Below, in pieces: positions 1 to 10,690 of a stretch of DNA of 39,811 nucleotides. The notes beneath the pieces are model-generated. The model was not told the DNA's origin and did not search any database. It saw only the letters and a list, made by a program, of their open reading frames with translations. The position numbers and the translations under genes were made by a program. The first letter of the stretch is position 1; every line of letters begins with the position of its first letter. The stretch is taken from positions 2,563,440-2,603,250 of the forward strand of contig NC_057752.1 of the NCBI RefSeq assembly GCF_004010195.1, in the 5' to 3' direction. Origin of the DNA: Chiloscyllium plagiosum. Its lineage: Eukaryota.

Positions 1-453
1 GACTACAGAATCCCCTAACACAATTGATCTCTTGGAAGCCGACATAACCCTCGTTGCACTCGAGCCAGTCTCAATGCCAGAAACTTGGCTGTTTGTGCTA
101 CGTTCCCCTGAGAATCTATCACCCCCTACATTTTCCAAAACAGCATACCTGTTTGAAATGGGTATATCCACAAAAGACTCCTGCTCTAGTTGCCTACCTC
201 TCTTACCCTTCCTGGAGTTAACCCATCTATGTGACTGTATCTGAGACTTTCTCCCCCTCCTATAACTGCCATCCATCACATACTGCTGCTGTTGCAAATT
301 CCTCATCGCTTCTATCTGTCTCTCCAACCGATCCACTCGATCTGATAAGATTCACTTCCAACAGCATTTATGGCAGATATAATCCGCAGTAACCCTTAAA
401 CTCTCTTTAAACTCTCACATCTGACAAGAAGTACATATCACTGCAAAGGCCAT
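1..453 (-). pseudogene. CR1 LINE ORF1 N-terminal remnant (CxxC...CxxC zinc finger, coiled coil, start of SGNH/GDSL esterase)
   Basis: Manual minus-strand translation from the ATG at 453: MAFAVICTSCQM*EFKESLRVTADYICHKCCWK*ILSDRVDRLERQIEAMRNL...IPISNRYAVLE...KRSIVLGDSVV. Two in-frame TGA stops. The last ~70 nt match 27232-27304, the start of the long CR1. Confidence 0.88.
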
Positions 454-499
454 TTTTGCTCCTTCACAATCTACAGACCTCTTCTGGCGTTCAGCCAAA

Positions 500-664
500 A
501 GGACAGAGGGGACATTGATTTCAAATCTGACCTTCAAGGTGGTGCCAGTGACAGTGTGGCACTCCCTTCAGTTCTGCAATGAGAGCACCAGCCTTGATTT
601 TATGCTCAAAGACCAGTGAATCCGTGACATCCTGAGGTGCTTTCGGAAGGCAATGCCACTGAGG
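500..664 (-). mobile_element. Decayed DeuSINE-like (SacSINE1-like) 5' fragment
   Basis: gacagtgtggcactcccttcagttctgca resembles the recalled shark DeuSINE segment; a similar copy is at 24311-24340. Confidence 0.5.
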
Positions 665-674
665 TGAGAACGAT

Positions 675-775
675 CAATAAGGGAATTGAGGTCTATTGGT
701 TGGGGGAGGTGCATGGATATGCAATTTAAGCAGGTTTGAGAGGCCGAATGGCCTGCTCCTGCTCCTAATTCTAGA
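675..775 (+). mobile_element. CR1 3' UTR fragment
   Basis: Contains ggccgaatggcctgctcctgctccta, the CR1 3' stem-loop/tail repeated throughout the window. Confidence 0.7.
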
Positions 776-1473
776 GACATCAATTCCAGCAGCTAAAAAA
801 ATTGAAGTTGATACATATTTCCCACATGTCTAATTGGGAACATATCGAAAGAAAGAGTCTTGCAAAAGTATTAAATGCCCCGAGGCAAAATTTCAGCTTT
901 GTGCCACCCCCAGAGTTAACTTTCAACAATGACCATTTTGCATTAGCATGAAGAAAAACTCTGTATTTATAATTACACTTTATTTTACATGATAGTGATT
1001 GTACATTCTCATTATTTGACACTATTCCCAGGATCTGTACTGTTCAAAGTGCACACCAGAGTGTGTGATACGTTGTAATACAAAGCGCTCCTGCCACAGT
1101 TCAGGTTTCACGTATAATTTACACCCTCTGTAGTCATTATGATGGAAAGGGGCGTGATTAAATTGCATTCTTTCATACTAGTGACTGGCTCACAGCTTGT
1201 GAATAGTCAAGTCGATGTACAGAATGAGGAATAGAATGTGTACATGTTGGGAAAAGCTACATGGGAAATCGAGATGTATCTCAGGGTATGTGGATGTCTA
1301 GCAGTAGATCGGGGTTTCCCAGAAGACAGAAATTCCCAGAAAGCACCACACTGCCCCCCATCCCCAGATTTCAGCTGGGGGCCAGGGGGTGGGGGGGTAG
1401 ATTCAACATTCAAGTCTCGAAGTGTGCTCACAGTGGGAAAAAAATGTGAGATCAGTCATGATTAGAACAGGGT

Positions 1474-2470
1474 TGAAAAATGTGGTGCTGGAAAAGCACA
1501 GCAGGCCAGGCAGCATCCGAGGAGCAGGAGAATCGACGTTTCGGGCATAAGCCTTTCTTCAGGAATGAGGCTGGTGTGCCAAGCGGGCTGAGATAAAGGG
1601 TAGAGGGGAGGGAATTTGGGGGAGGGGCGCTGGGAATACATAGGTGGAAGGAGGTGAGGGTGAGGGTGATAGGCCGGAGAGGGGGTNNNNNNNNNNNNNN
1701 NNNNNNNNNNNNNNNNNNNNNNNNNNNNNNNNNNNNNNNNNNNNNNNNNNNNNNNNNNNNNNNNNNNNNNNNNNNNNNNNNNNNNNNNNNNNNNNNNNNN
1801 NNNNNNNNNNNNNNNNNNNNNNNNNNNNNNNNNNNNNNNNNNNNNNNNNNNNNNNNNNNNNNNNNNNNNNNNNNNNNNNNNNNNNNNNNNNNNNNNNNNN
1901 NNNNNNNNNNNNNNNNNNNNNNNNNNNNNNNNNNNNNNNNNNNNNNNNNNNNNNNNNNNNNNNNNNNNNNNNNNNNNNNNNNNNNNNNNNNNNNNNNNNN
2001 NNNNNNNNNNNNNNNNNNNNNNNNNNNNNNNNNNNNNNNNNNNNNNNNNNNNNNNNNNNNNNNNNNNNNNNNNNNNNNNNNNNNNNNNNNNNNNNNNNNN
2101 NNNNNNNNNGGCGGAAATGACGGAGGATGATACGATGTATCCGGAGGTTGGTGGGGTGGAAGGTGAGGACCAGTGGGGTCCTGGTGGCGATTGGAGGGGT
2201 GGGGTTCAAGGGTGGAGGAATGGGAAGTGGACGAGATGCGGTGGAGAGCATCGTCGACAACGTCGGAGGGGAAATTGCGGTCTTTGAAGAAGGAAGCCAT
2301 TTGGGTTGATCGGTATTGGAATTGGTCCTCCTGGGTGCAGATGCGGCAGAGGTGAAGGAATTGGGAATACGGGATGGCGTTTTTACAGGGGGCAGGGTGG
2401 GAGCTGTGTTTTTCCAGCACCACATTTTTCAACTCTGGTCTCCAGCATCTGCAGTCCTCACTTTTCTCCC
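1474..2470 (-). mobile_element. Penelope-like element (family A, Neptune-like) fragment with inverted terminal segment and 17-bp TSD
   Basis: Minus strand encodes SSHPAPCKNAIPYSQFLHLCRICTQEDQF...FFKDRNFP (PLE RT C-terminal region). 1472-1500 is the inverted copy of 2405-2433. Direct repeat catgattagaacagggt at 1457-1473 and 2471-2487. The element spans an N gap. Confidence 0.88.
1531..1565 (-). ncRNA. Minimal type-I hammerhead ribozyme motif (PLE family A)
   Basis: Minus strand: ttc-CTGAAGA-a-aggc-ttat-gccc-GAAA-cg-TC-ga. One helix-II mismatch; ACGT helix III intact. Confidence 0.75.
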
Positions 2471-2781
2471 CATGATTAGAACAGGGTCGACGGGCTGAAT
2501 GGCCTGCTCCTCGTTCTTACGATCCACCGAGGCGCACCTTCCATTCTCAATGCTCAAGCTTGCTTTCGACATGGGTGGCTTCAGAAATAATTCATCCTGT
2601 TACTTTTTAGGTTTGTTTGCGGCATTGGCCCTGCGTCTAAATCCCACCCCTCCCTCACTGGACATGAGGGTGGCCCAATGCGTGTGTGGAGGGGGAATGG
2701 GGGAATGGTGCTGGCGCTAGGACCTGGTAGTTGGAGCAAGCAACGCTCAGTCCCAGTTCAGATCATTCCAACTTCCCGTGC

Positions 2782-2789
2782 TGACGTCA
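2782..2789. promoter_or_regulatory. Palindromic cAMP response element (CRE)
   Basis: Exact TGACGTCA within a CpG-rich region. Confidence 0.6.
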
Positions 2790-2819
2790 GCCTCCTCCTT
2801 TGACATTAAAAAAAAGAAA

Positions 2820-2885
2820 ATGTTGCTGTCGGTGCCCCGGCCAGGATTTACTCCGTATCCCTATCCGAGCCGTACATCAAAGAAG
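2820..2885 (+). CDS. Candidate short first coding exon (MLLSVPRPGFTPYPYPSRTSKK), gene unidentified
   Basis: AAAATG start (A at -3), 22 codons, AAG|GTAACG donor in phase 0, downstream of the CRE. No homology recognised; it could be UTR or purely regulatory. Confidence 0.3.
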
Positions 2886-3151
2886 GTAACGAAAAGTTCG
2901 AGGCTCCCTCTGGGCCGCGGGGCGCCGGTGGGGAACTGGGAGTGACGGGCTGGAAGGGTGTTTTTTTCTTGTACTCTCGGGGATTGAAGGGGCACCGTGG
3001 AAGCTGGAGGGGAGAAAGAGAGAGAGAGATGTTCCTGCACTTTCAGCAATTTCCCAACAGTTTAGAGCGGATTTTGCAACTTGGAAGGAAAATGGACTTT
3101 GTTTCTATTTTTTTTGGTCTGTGTTTTTTTTTGCTGTCGGGAGTTTGCAAT

Positions 3152-3188
3152 ACAGACAGACAGACAGACACACACACACACACACACA
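3152..3188. repeat. (ACAG)n-(AC)n compound microsatellite
   Basis: Read directly from the sequence. Confidence 0.95.
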
Positions 3189-3337
3189 AAAGTTTCTGCC
3201 AGTTCAGCCCAAGCTCTCGGGGAAAGCTGATCAGCCGCATTTTGTACAGACTGCGAATTCCGAAATGAAAACACAGCCGAGGGAGGAGGCTGGGAGGAGT
3301 GGGGTGGTGCTGAGATGTCGAACCTGGACATTGACAC

Positions 3338-3360
3338 TGTGTGTGTGTGTGTGTGTGTGT
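3338..3360. repeat. (TG)n microsatellite
   Basis: Read directly from the sequence. Confidence 0.95.
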
Positions 3361-4627
3361 ATTGCTGCCTCTGTTGAAGCTGCTCACATAATGTTGGTGG
3401 GGCCCACCATGTACCCAGAATGTTTGATTAATCCAAAGGGAATTAGGACCTCATTAAATGTGCATCCAAAGGTGGAGACAGCAATTCTTTTCCGCCGTTG
3501 GATGGATATGGTCGTTTACTATCTCTGATTTTTAAAAAAAACTGAATTATTTAGATCCAAGTCATGTTTTCGTTTTTTATTTGAGAGTCTGGGCAGTTTT
3601 GTCCTGTTCTGGGGCTGCATTTTTCCCTGTAATGGTTCAGTTCGCCCCTATTTCTTATTGGATTCCCCCCTCCCCCAGGGCAGGTAGAGAAGGAAGGGAA
3701 GGGGTACATGAATGGCAGTTCCTTGAACGGAGCTGTCGCCTTCCTTTAGTGGTACTGGGATATGTTCCTGGGACAGTCCCGGTGTGACAAGTGTTTACGC
3801 TGGGAGCATTTGGGAGAAATTTAATTCTGCATCCGCAGCGGAGGGCGGCTGGTGTCTGGGAGGTACAATGCTGGGTTCTAATGCCCATTTGAGCCCACAC
3901 TTGAAGTGATTTAAAATTGAGTGGCGACGTCTCAAATGAACCTGGTCCTTCTCTGTACAGTTCATCTGTCTCTTTGGGAACGTTAAATTGTGTGTGTGTG
4001 AGAGATAACATACCGAACCTTTCAGATACCTGGAGAGACATGACAAAAGAGCGAATGATGTTAGATACCCAGGATTCTGGGGCATGTGTGTGTGTAAGAG
4101 ACATTAAAGGATACTCACAGCATGGTCTAAAATAGATGGTGTGGGCTACAATATCTATGACCGGAATCTCTCCTGTCCGATTTTCCTCAATATTTCATCC
4201 CTGTAACTGACTGACTTTTATTTCTTTTGCTGAGAACTTGCTAGTGGCTTTTCACTGTCCGGCTTTCTATTCAGACTTTATGTTTTAACCTATTGGTGCG
4301 GAGATTTAACTACCACTGAGATGGAGCTATTGTTTGTGTCCGTGTCACGGTAGTTCCTCTCGTTTCAGTTGGAAGTTCTCTCAGAGCTACAATGTCCCTC
4401 CTTTTTTTAATATCAAATGCAGATAAGAGGTTACAGTATCCAGTTCCCATAATCCCAAGAGTTTGAACAAAGGAGCTGGATTTTTTTTGTCATATAAAAC
4501 GAATGAAGTTGCGTCAAATAATTCGCATTGTGTCCAGGTTCGCCCTCCCTCACGTAACCGAAATATTCAGTGTCCAATTAGCCTAGTGGCCATTGGAAGA
4601 TTCAGCTTCCCATTCCATGAACAAGGG

Positions 4628-4935
4628 GTTAAATGTACAAACTAGCGGGAGAAGGCTATTCAACCCCTCGAGATTGCTTTACTATTTACTAAGATTATGG
4701 TTGATCTAATTACTGCACATTCTCCCCCCATAACCTTTTCACTTCTATTTTGTCGATCTACCTCGGTCTTACAAATATTCAAGGACTTACGACTTTGAGA
4801 AATAATTTCACCTCCTCTCTGTTTAAATGGGTGACTTTTTAAAAGTGACATCTCTTCCCACCCCCCCACACACACACATCCCCGGAAGTTCTAGAATCTC
4901 TATCAGGGGAAAATGATCACCCCCCAGGATCTTAT
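4628..4935 (-). mobile_element. Old CR1 3' fragment
   Basis: gaaggctattcaacccctcgag...aagattatggttgatcta is the reverse complement of the CR1 3' tail. Confidence 0.6.
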
Positions 4936-4943
4936 AGATATTT

Positions 4944-5045
4944 TAGTCAACCTGTTCAAACATGTTATTATACACCTCTGGAGCGGGTGGGATTTGAACT
5001 TGGGCCTCCTGTCTCAGAGGTACGGACATTGCCATAAAAAGCCCT
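4944..5045 (-). mobile_element. ~100-bp tRNA-derived short SINE, copy 1
   Basis: B-box-like gttcaaatcccacc on the minus strand; homologous to 16424-16530 and 24727-24838. Confidence 0.7.
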
Positions 5046-5089
5046 TTCTGTTATGTTTGGGGCGGTGGGAGGTTTTACACACAATTCTT

Positions 5090-5492
5090 AGACAATTTGA
5101 CAGGAGAGATTGTTTCCCTTTATGGGGGAGTCTCGGGCCAGGGGGCATCATCTTAGAATTAGGAGTTGTACATTTAAGATGAGGAGTTTGTTCCCTCAGA
5201 GGGGAATGAATCTATGGAATTCTTTACCACGAAAGGCTGTGCAGGCTGGCTCATTGAAGAAGGGCTTATGCCCGAAACGTTGATTCTCCTGTTCCCTCGA
5301 TGCTGCCTGACCTGCTGCGCTTTTCCAGCAACACATTTTCAGCTCATTGGGTATATTCAAGGCCGAGGATAGATGTTTAATCAGGAGGGGAATGAAGAGT
5401 TTAAAAAAAGCTGGAGAGTGGGCTAGAGGGTTATCAGATCAGATATGATCCGATTGAATGGTGGAGCAGACTGGATGGGCTGAATGGCCTTT
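5090..5492 (+). mobile_element. CR1 3' fragment hosting a mini-PLE
   Basis: CR1 ORF2 end (gaatctatggaattcttt...gctgtgcaggc...tatattcaagg) and tail gggctgaatggcct. Confidence 0.75.
5257..5341 (+). mobile_element. ~85-bp PLE family A mini-insertion starting at the hammerhead core, 8-bp TSD
   Basis: (t)TGAAGA-a-gggc-ttat-gccc-GAAA-cg-TT followed by gattctcctg...ttccagcaacacattttc. TSD gctcattg at 5249-5256 and 5342-5349. Confidence 0.85.
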
Positions 5493-5504
5493 GTCTAGTC
5501 AGCG

Positions 5505-5635
5505 AAAAGCAAAGAACTGCGAATGCTGGCAATCCAAAACAGGAGCTGCTGGAGAAACTCACGCCTGGCAGCATCTGTGGAGAGAAAGCAGAGTTAACTG
5601 TTCAGGTCCAGTGACCCTTCTTCAGAACAGTTCTG
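5505..5635 (-). mobile_element. PLE family B short element with degenerate hammerhead
   Basis: Minus strand: gtt-CTGAAGA-a-gggt-cactgg-acct-GAAc-ag-TT-aac then tctgctttctctccacagatgctgccagg. Ends in the micro-palindrome cagaac-a-gttctg. Confidence 0.75.
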
Positions 5636-6427
5636 CTCCTATGTCTTATGGACTGGAGAGGGGTCATATCTCCATTGATATCTATTTTATAGGAGTACAG
5701 GGAGAGGTGGGGGACAAGTGATTCGTTGACCCCAATAAAATACGTTTCCAGCCCACGAACAGGTCGTTCGATCCAATAAGCCGTCCTTGCATTTGGACTG
5801 AGTCTCCTCGCCCTCTGTCTCACCTTCGGCCGTCAGACTGGAATAGAATGGGTGCATAGTAGAACGGAACGGTGTAATGTGAACAGTTATGAAGTGAGGA
5901 GAACCCCCACTCGGGGGGAGGGGTGGGGGGGAAGAGAGAGGAAGCAAGAGGAGAAACAGCCCCATTGTTTTAAAAAAAAACTTAATTCTGACCCTGAAGA
6001 CGATAACGTTGCAAACGACACGTGTGTTAATACCAGTTCTCCTCTTGCATTTCTGAACTGTTTGATTTAGCATTTATTGCCAATTCCAAGTGAGGTGGCT
6101 AAGATTTGAGTGTGTGGGAAAGGGGGTATGACAGAAAGGTGAGGCGGGGAATAGGGGGGAGGAGGAGGAAAAGGCGGGGAGAGACAGAGAGATATGGAGA
6201 GTTCCTGGATTAGAATCACTGCTGGAAAATGTTTAGTTTATAACGTGCAGGCAAATGTTTTATTTTTTTTAAAAAAGGGGACGAGGGTATTAAATCCACC
6301 CAAGATGCTCCCCCACCCCCCCAAAAATAAACAATGGGGCAAGGTTTCCAGGTCAGAGTTATCACATTTTTAAAAAAATTATGAAGAGGAAGTTAGCTAA
6401 AAAAAACGCAGTGTAAGATATCTTGTA

Positions 6428-6548
6428 AAAGCAAAATCCTGCCGCTGCTGCAAATCTGAAAGAAAAAAAACAGAAAATGCTGGAGAAACTCGGCAGGTCT
6501 GACACTATCTGTGGAGAGAAAGAGAATCAAAAGTTACCGTATCGAGTC
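6428..6548 (-). mobile_element. PLE family B tail fragment
   Basis: aaatgctggagaaactcggcaggtctgacactatctgtggagagaaa matches 5546-5590 and 11230-11282. Confidence 0.7.
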
Positions 6549-7577
6549 TGGTGTGCCTGTAGATTTTAAGACACTTCAAGTGTAGCGGAAAGGGGGGAAA
6601 AGTCTTTACAAAAGATTGATATTGACTTATGGGACCGCTGCTTTCGAACTGTAGCTCTTCTCTCCGCGATTAATGACTGGGCTCAGGGAGAAAGGCCATC
6701 TATTAAATTATTTGAGCGGGATAACAGTCGAAGCTTCAACCTCTGCCCTTTCAAGATTGCCAGCAAGGTCTGAAGGCTCCTGCCCTGACGAATGGTTTAG
6801 CTGTGGGGAGCTGGGGAGGGGGGCAGGGTGCGAGCTTTGGGTCAGAGCTGTTGTTTGGGAGAGGCAGATATATGAAAGCTGTCCACACCTTACTCCAGGC
6901 TGGGCCAGTGTGAGAAAGAGGACTCAGGCTTGAGTGGGTCGAGTGGTGTGTGGTGGTGGAGGGAAGGGGCATGTGTTGGCCGTTGGGATGCGAGGGAGAG
7001 CCATTCCTGTGTGTGTATCTGGGCCGTTGGGGTAAGGTATACGACGGGAGGATGGAATTAGGTGAGGGAGGNNNNNNNNNNNNNNNNNNNNNNNNNNNNN
7101 NNNNNNNNNNNNNNNNNNNNNNNNNNNNNNNNNNNNNNNNNNNNNNNNNNNNNNNNNNNNNNNNNNNNNNNNNNNNNNNNNNNNNNNNNNNNNNNNNNNN
7201 NNNNNNNNNNNNNNNNNNNNNNNNNNNNNNNNNNNNNNNNNNNNNNNNNNNNNNNNNNNNNNNNNNNNNNNNNNNNNNNNNNNNNNNNNNNNNNNNNNNN
7301 NNNNNNNNNNNNNNNNNNNNNNNNNNNNNNNNNNNNNNNNNNNNNNNNNNNNNNNNNNNNNNNNNNNNNNNNNNNNNNNNNNNNNNNNNNNNNNNNNNNN
7401 NNNNNNNNNNNNNNNNNNNNNNNNNNNNNNNNNNNNNNNNNNNNNNNNNNNNNNNNNNNNNNNNNNNNNNNNNNNNNNNNNNNNNNNNNNNNNNNNNNNN
7501 NNNNNNNNNNNNNNNNNNNNNNNNNNNNNNNNNNNNNNNNNNNNNNNNNNNNNNNNNNNNNNNNNNNNNNNCCTAAC

Positions 7578-7622
7578 ATGATCTTTTCAAATGTCCCTTT
7601 AAGAATCTCCACAGCGAAGCAG
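7578..7622 (+). CDS. Candidate alternative first exon end (MIFSNVPLRISTAKQ), gene unidentified
   Basis: AACATG start, 15 codons, strong CAG|GTATGT donor in phase 0, immediately after a 500-N gap and followed by CpG-rich sequence (7720-7930). It may be a 5'UTR exon. Confidence 0.35.
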
Positions 7623-7668
7623 GTATGTTAACAGTATCTACCCCTTGTCTGTGTATATTTTACATATG

Positions 7669-7690
7669 TCTCTCTCTCTCTCTCTCTCTC
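7669..7690. repeat. (TC)n microsatellite
   Basis: Read directly from the sequence. Confidence 0.95.
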
Positions 7691-8109
7691 ATTTTAGTTT
7701 CGTATCCTTGTTGGTGATGTTGTGTTCCGCGCGGTTGATTTTTAAGCTGACGGTGTTTTCTTTCTGTTTCACGCGTTGAAATCATGATCAGTTGCGCAGG
7801 GTTTTTTGTCACTGGGAGCAAGTTTGGGAGGATTGCTTGCCCGGGGTGTCGGGGGTATATCATCCGCCGAAGCTCTCTTGTACAATTTTGAACGAGTTGA
7901 GATTAAAGCCGCTATCTTCCCCCCCCCCCCCTCCCCCGAATGTGTGCAACCTTCACTTTGTGTCTGTCAGATCAATGCCCTTGGGCAGTGACCCATTGTC
8001 AATGAGCTTCATAGGAACATCCTATACAACACACGATTGAGACATCAGGAATTGGTTTTGCTCAGAAGGTGGTGGACTTGCGCTGGTCCTTTCTGTCTGC
8101 ACCCCAGCT

Positions 8110-8510
8110 TTTGCAGGGCATTGTAGCTGAGGGCAGGAGTTGGGCAGTGTTTCATGGCATAACAGTGGGCAGAAGTGGCACTGTCACTGTGTCTTTTGTG
8201 GTGCAGCGAATTATGTTACTTCCATGTAATGTTGATGCCATGCCTAGTAGGCTGGTGCCATGCATGATGTCTTCGTCCCATGTGTGTTGTGATCACATGG
8301 TGCAGTGGTAGAATGAAGGGTGTGGTGGTGCCCTGAATGGCATGGCACCATAATGGTTCCATGAATGGTGTGGCATGACAGTGCTGCTCATGTACAGCAG
8401 TGTGGCACAATGGGACCATGCATGGCATCATTGAATGGCATCTGCATACCCATAGTTGTGCAGAACTTTCCCATGTCCTGCTGTGGACTGTGCCATTGGG
8501 CAGTGGTTGG
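8110..8510. repeat. Degenerate TGGCA/CATG-rich low-complexity tract
   Basis: Recurring tggca, tgcca, catg and atgg words without a strict period. Confidence 0.5.
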
Positions 8511-9169
8511 TATCCTTACTATTGGATATATGTTGCCATAACGCAGATCTCTAACCATGGCAATTCAACTCACTGGCAACATTCTTGCCAAAGCAGGGCC
8601 CCTTCAAAGCAAACTCCGAATTAGCCACATAATTTTCCACCCCCTGGAAAAAGTGTGGAGTGATTGCCAGTAATATCACTGCACAGCCCCTTCGCAATTA
8701 TCTTGTTCTTGCAGTTCCAATCCAGCCCTGATAGATTCCAAATATTAACTCGGAACTGCTTAACCTCATTTTGCTGTTGAAACAGCCATCACTTTGCATT
8801 CAGTTGCTTTTCTCAGGGATTTTGCCTTATTCCAAATCCAGGCATGTTTGTCAGTTTTCTAAAATTTATTTCTTCCTTTTCGGGCATATTTTTAACATTG
8901 CTACAAATGTTGTAAAGAGAATATACATGTTATGGAATAGATGCTGGCCTGCTAAGATTTGAGCTGGAACAGTTGGGCTGTGAGGATAATATCTAACTTT
9001 GGTTTGCCCTTGTGTGTCTGACGACTGCTGTCCTATAACTGAGAGGAGTGAAATTGGCCAGTGGCATTTGTGAAATTGACCAACATATGATTTTCTGACA
9101 GTGTTGTTTTGATCCTCCTTTTTAAATGCTTATTAAAGAGAGATTCTCCATCCTCTGTTCTATTGCATA

Positions 9170-9418
9170 TGTGGCTCGGGTGGGAACTCACTTTCCTTGA
9201 AATCAGAGGGCTGTGGATTCACGCCCTGGCACCAGAGAGGGGGTAGTGCTATCAGAGGCATCATCTTCTGAATGAGTCTTCTGTCTGCCACTTAGATGTC
9301 ACTTTGCAATTTCAACATCTGCATTTCACTTGCGGAATTCCAGCTGATGTGGCCACAGCATGCGCTGGTCACTGATGCTTGTGGGAGCTCGCTGTTATGT
9401 TTCTTGACATTACAATGT
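9170..9418 (+). mobile_element. Decayed DeuSINE-like element
   Basis: tRNA-like head, atcagaggcatcatcttctgaatgag, and 3' gcttgtgggagctcgctg...acattacaa. Confidence 0.5.
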
Positions 9419-9426
9419 GCATTTAA

Positions 9427-9792
9427 CGGGGAAGTGGTGACACAGTAATCCAGAGGTTCGGGCTGGTGAGTCTGGGGACCTGGGTTCAAGTCCCATCTTG
9501 GCAGCGAGTGGAATTTAAATTCCATGAATAAATCTGGAATTGACAGCTCATCTCAGTCTTGGTGACTGTGACAACTATAATCAATTATTAGAGATGCCCA
9601 TCTAGTTCACTAAATGTCCTTTAAGGAAAGGAATCTGCTGTCCTTACCCAGTCTACATGTGACTCTAGACCCACAGCAATTGACTCTTAACTGCCCTCTG
9701 AGGGTTGAGCAAGACATTTTAGTTCAAGGGCAATTAAGGATGGGCAATAGGCTGGTATTTCCAACAATGCCCACATTCCATGGAAGAATAAA
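9427..9792 (+). mobile_element. Near full-length tRNA-headed SINE with LINE-derived 3' tail
   Basis: B box gggttcaagtccc; body gttcactaaatgtcctttaaggaaaggaatctgc...gactctagacccacagcaat; tail gggcaattaaggatgggcaat...gcccacattcc, shared with the LINE ends at 24905, 31880 and 38830. Confidence 0.8.
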
Positions 9793-10524
9793 GCAAAGAC
9801 TACTCTTTTTGAAAAGCTTGTCACTGGCTAGTTGTGCTTTGGAGTGTCCTGAGAGCACACCTCTCTGGAGAACCTATTTTTAAAATTTACTGACTGAACA
9901 GAGGTATACTACCAGAAGTTACATTTTATTGAGGAGACCGGAAATGGACTGAGTTTGACCAGCTGATGAGTCCACACTGAGGGGTTAACCAGAGAATGTT
10001 CACCTCGAGCATCCAAGTTTGTTTCCTCCAGATGGCTGTATTCAAGCTGAAGGAATGTTCATGCTAGGAAATGGAACAGCTCCCACTTCAGGCACCCAGT
10101 GTCCACATCGCACTCTCCCATATCAGGGAAAGTCCAGTCAGATACAGAAGAAAGCTTTTGGACTAGATTTGAACCCAAGTTGTAGCGTTGAAAGGTTAAT
10201 ACCTACCCTACCCCAGTTCTGTGAAGGCCTCCTTTTAATATTTAACATAAAGCTGTTCGAACAGCAAAGCAAGAGGATTGTGGCATTTGCATTGTTTAAA
10301 TTGGATTCCCTTCCCCTAGCCATGGAAATGTAGACCTGATCTCTCTCGGTCCTGGGATTCTGGCTGGATCTGGGAGCTTTGAGGCTGCAAGGCAACTCAA
10401 GGTTAGGCAAGCTCTGAGCACAACAGCCGATTATCATTTTTAAAGAGTTGTAGAATTGAAAAGGGAATGAGAGCTTTCCAAAGATGGTGAACATGAAGGC
10501 GGGTGAACAGTACGAAGTGAGTTT

Positions 10525-10690
10525 TGTTATTTATTCACGAGATAAGGACATGACTGGCTGGGCGAACATTTATTGGCCATCCCTAATTACCCAGAGGGCA
10601 ATTGAGTTTTAACCATATTGCTGTGGGTCTGGAGTCACATGTAAGTCAGACCAGGTAAGGATGGCAGATTTCATTCCCTAAAGAACATTT
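10525..10690 (-). mobile_element. 3' half of the same tRNA-headed SINE
   Basis: attgctgtgggtctggagtcacatgtaagtcagaccaggtaaggatggcagattt. Confidence 0.8.

Larger units (their letters stand above)
1230..2520 (+). mobile_element. CR1 3' fragment interrupted by a PLE insertion (1474-2470)
   Basis: gagatcagtcatgattagaacaggg resumes at 2471 and runs into gggctgaatggcctgctcct. Confidence 0.6.
2490..3310. promoter_or_regulatory. CpG-rich, repeat-poor putative promoter / CpG island
   Basis: Many CpGs (for example gggccgcggggcgccgg at 2912-2928) against a CpG-depleted background. Full CRE TGACGTCA at 2782-2789; TCF/LEF consensus ACATCAAAG at 2874-2882. Confidence 0.6.

Noticed and set aside
1452..2432. 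Long ORFs (326, 288 and 158 aa) in the ORF track
   Set aside because: Their length comes from reading through N gaps; the only real coding signal is the PLE remnant. The same applies to ORFs across 7072-7571 and 27554-27816.
5687..6073. 128-aa minus-strand ORF in CpG-containing unique sequence
   Set aside because: Low-complexity composition, no recognisable domain and no convincing splice or start context.
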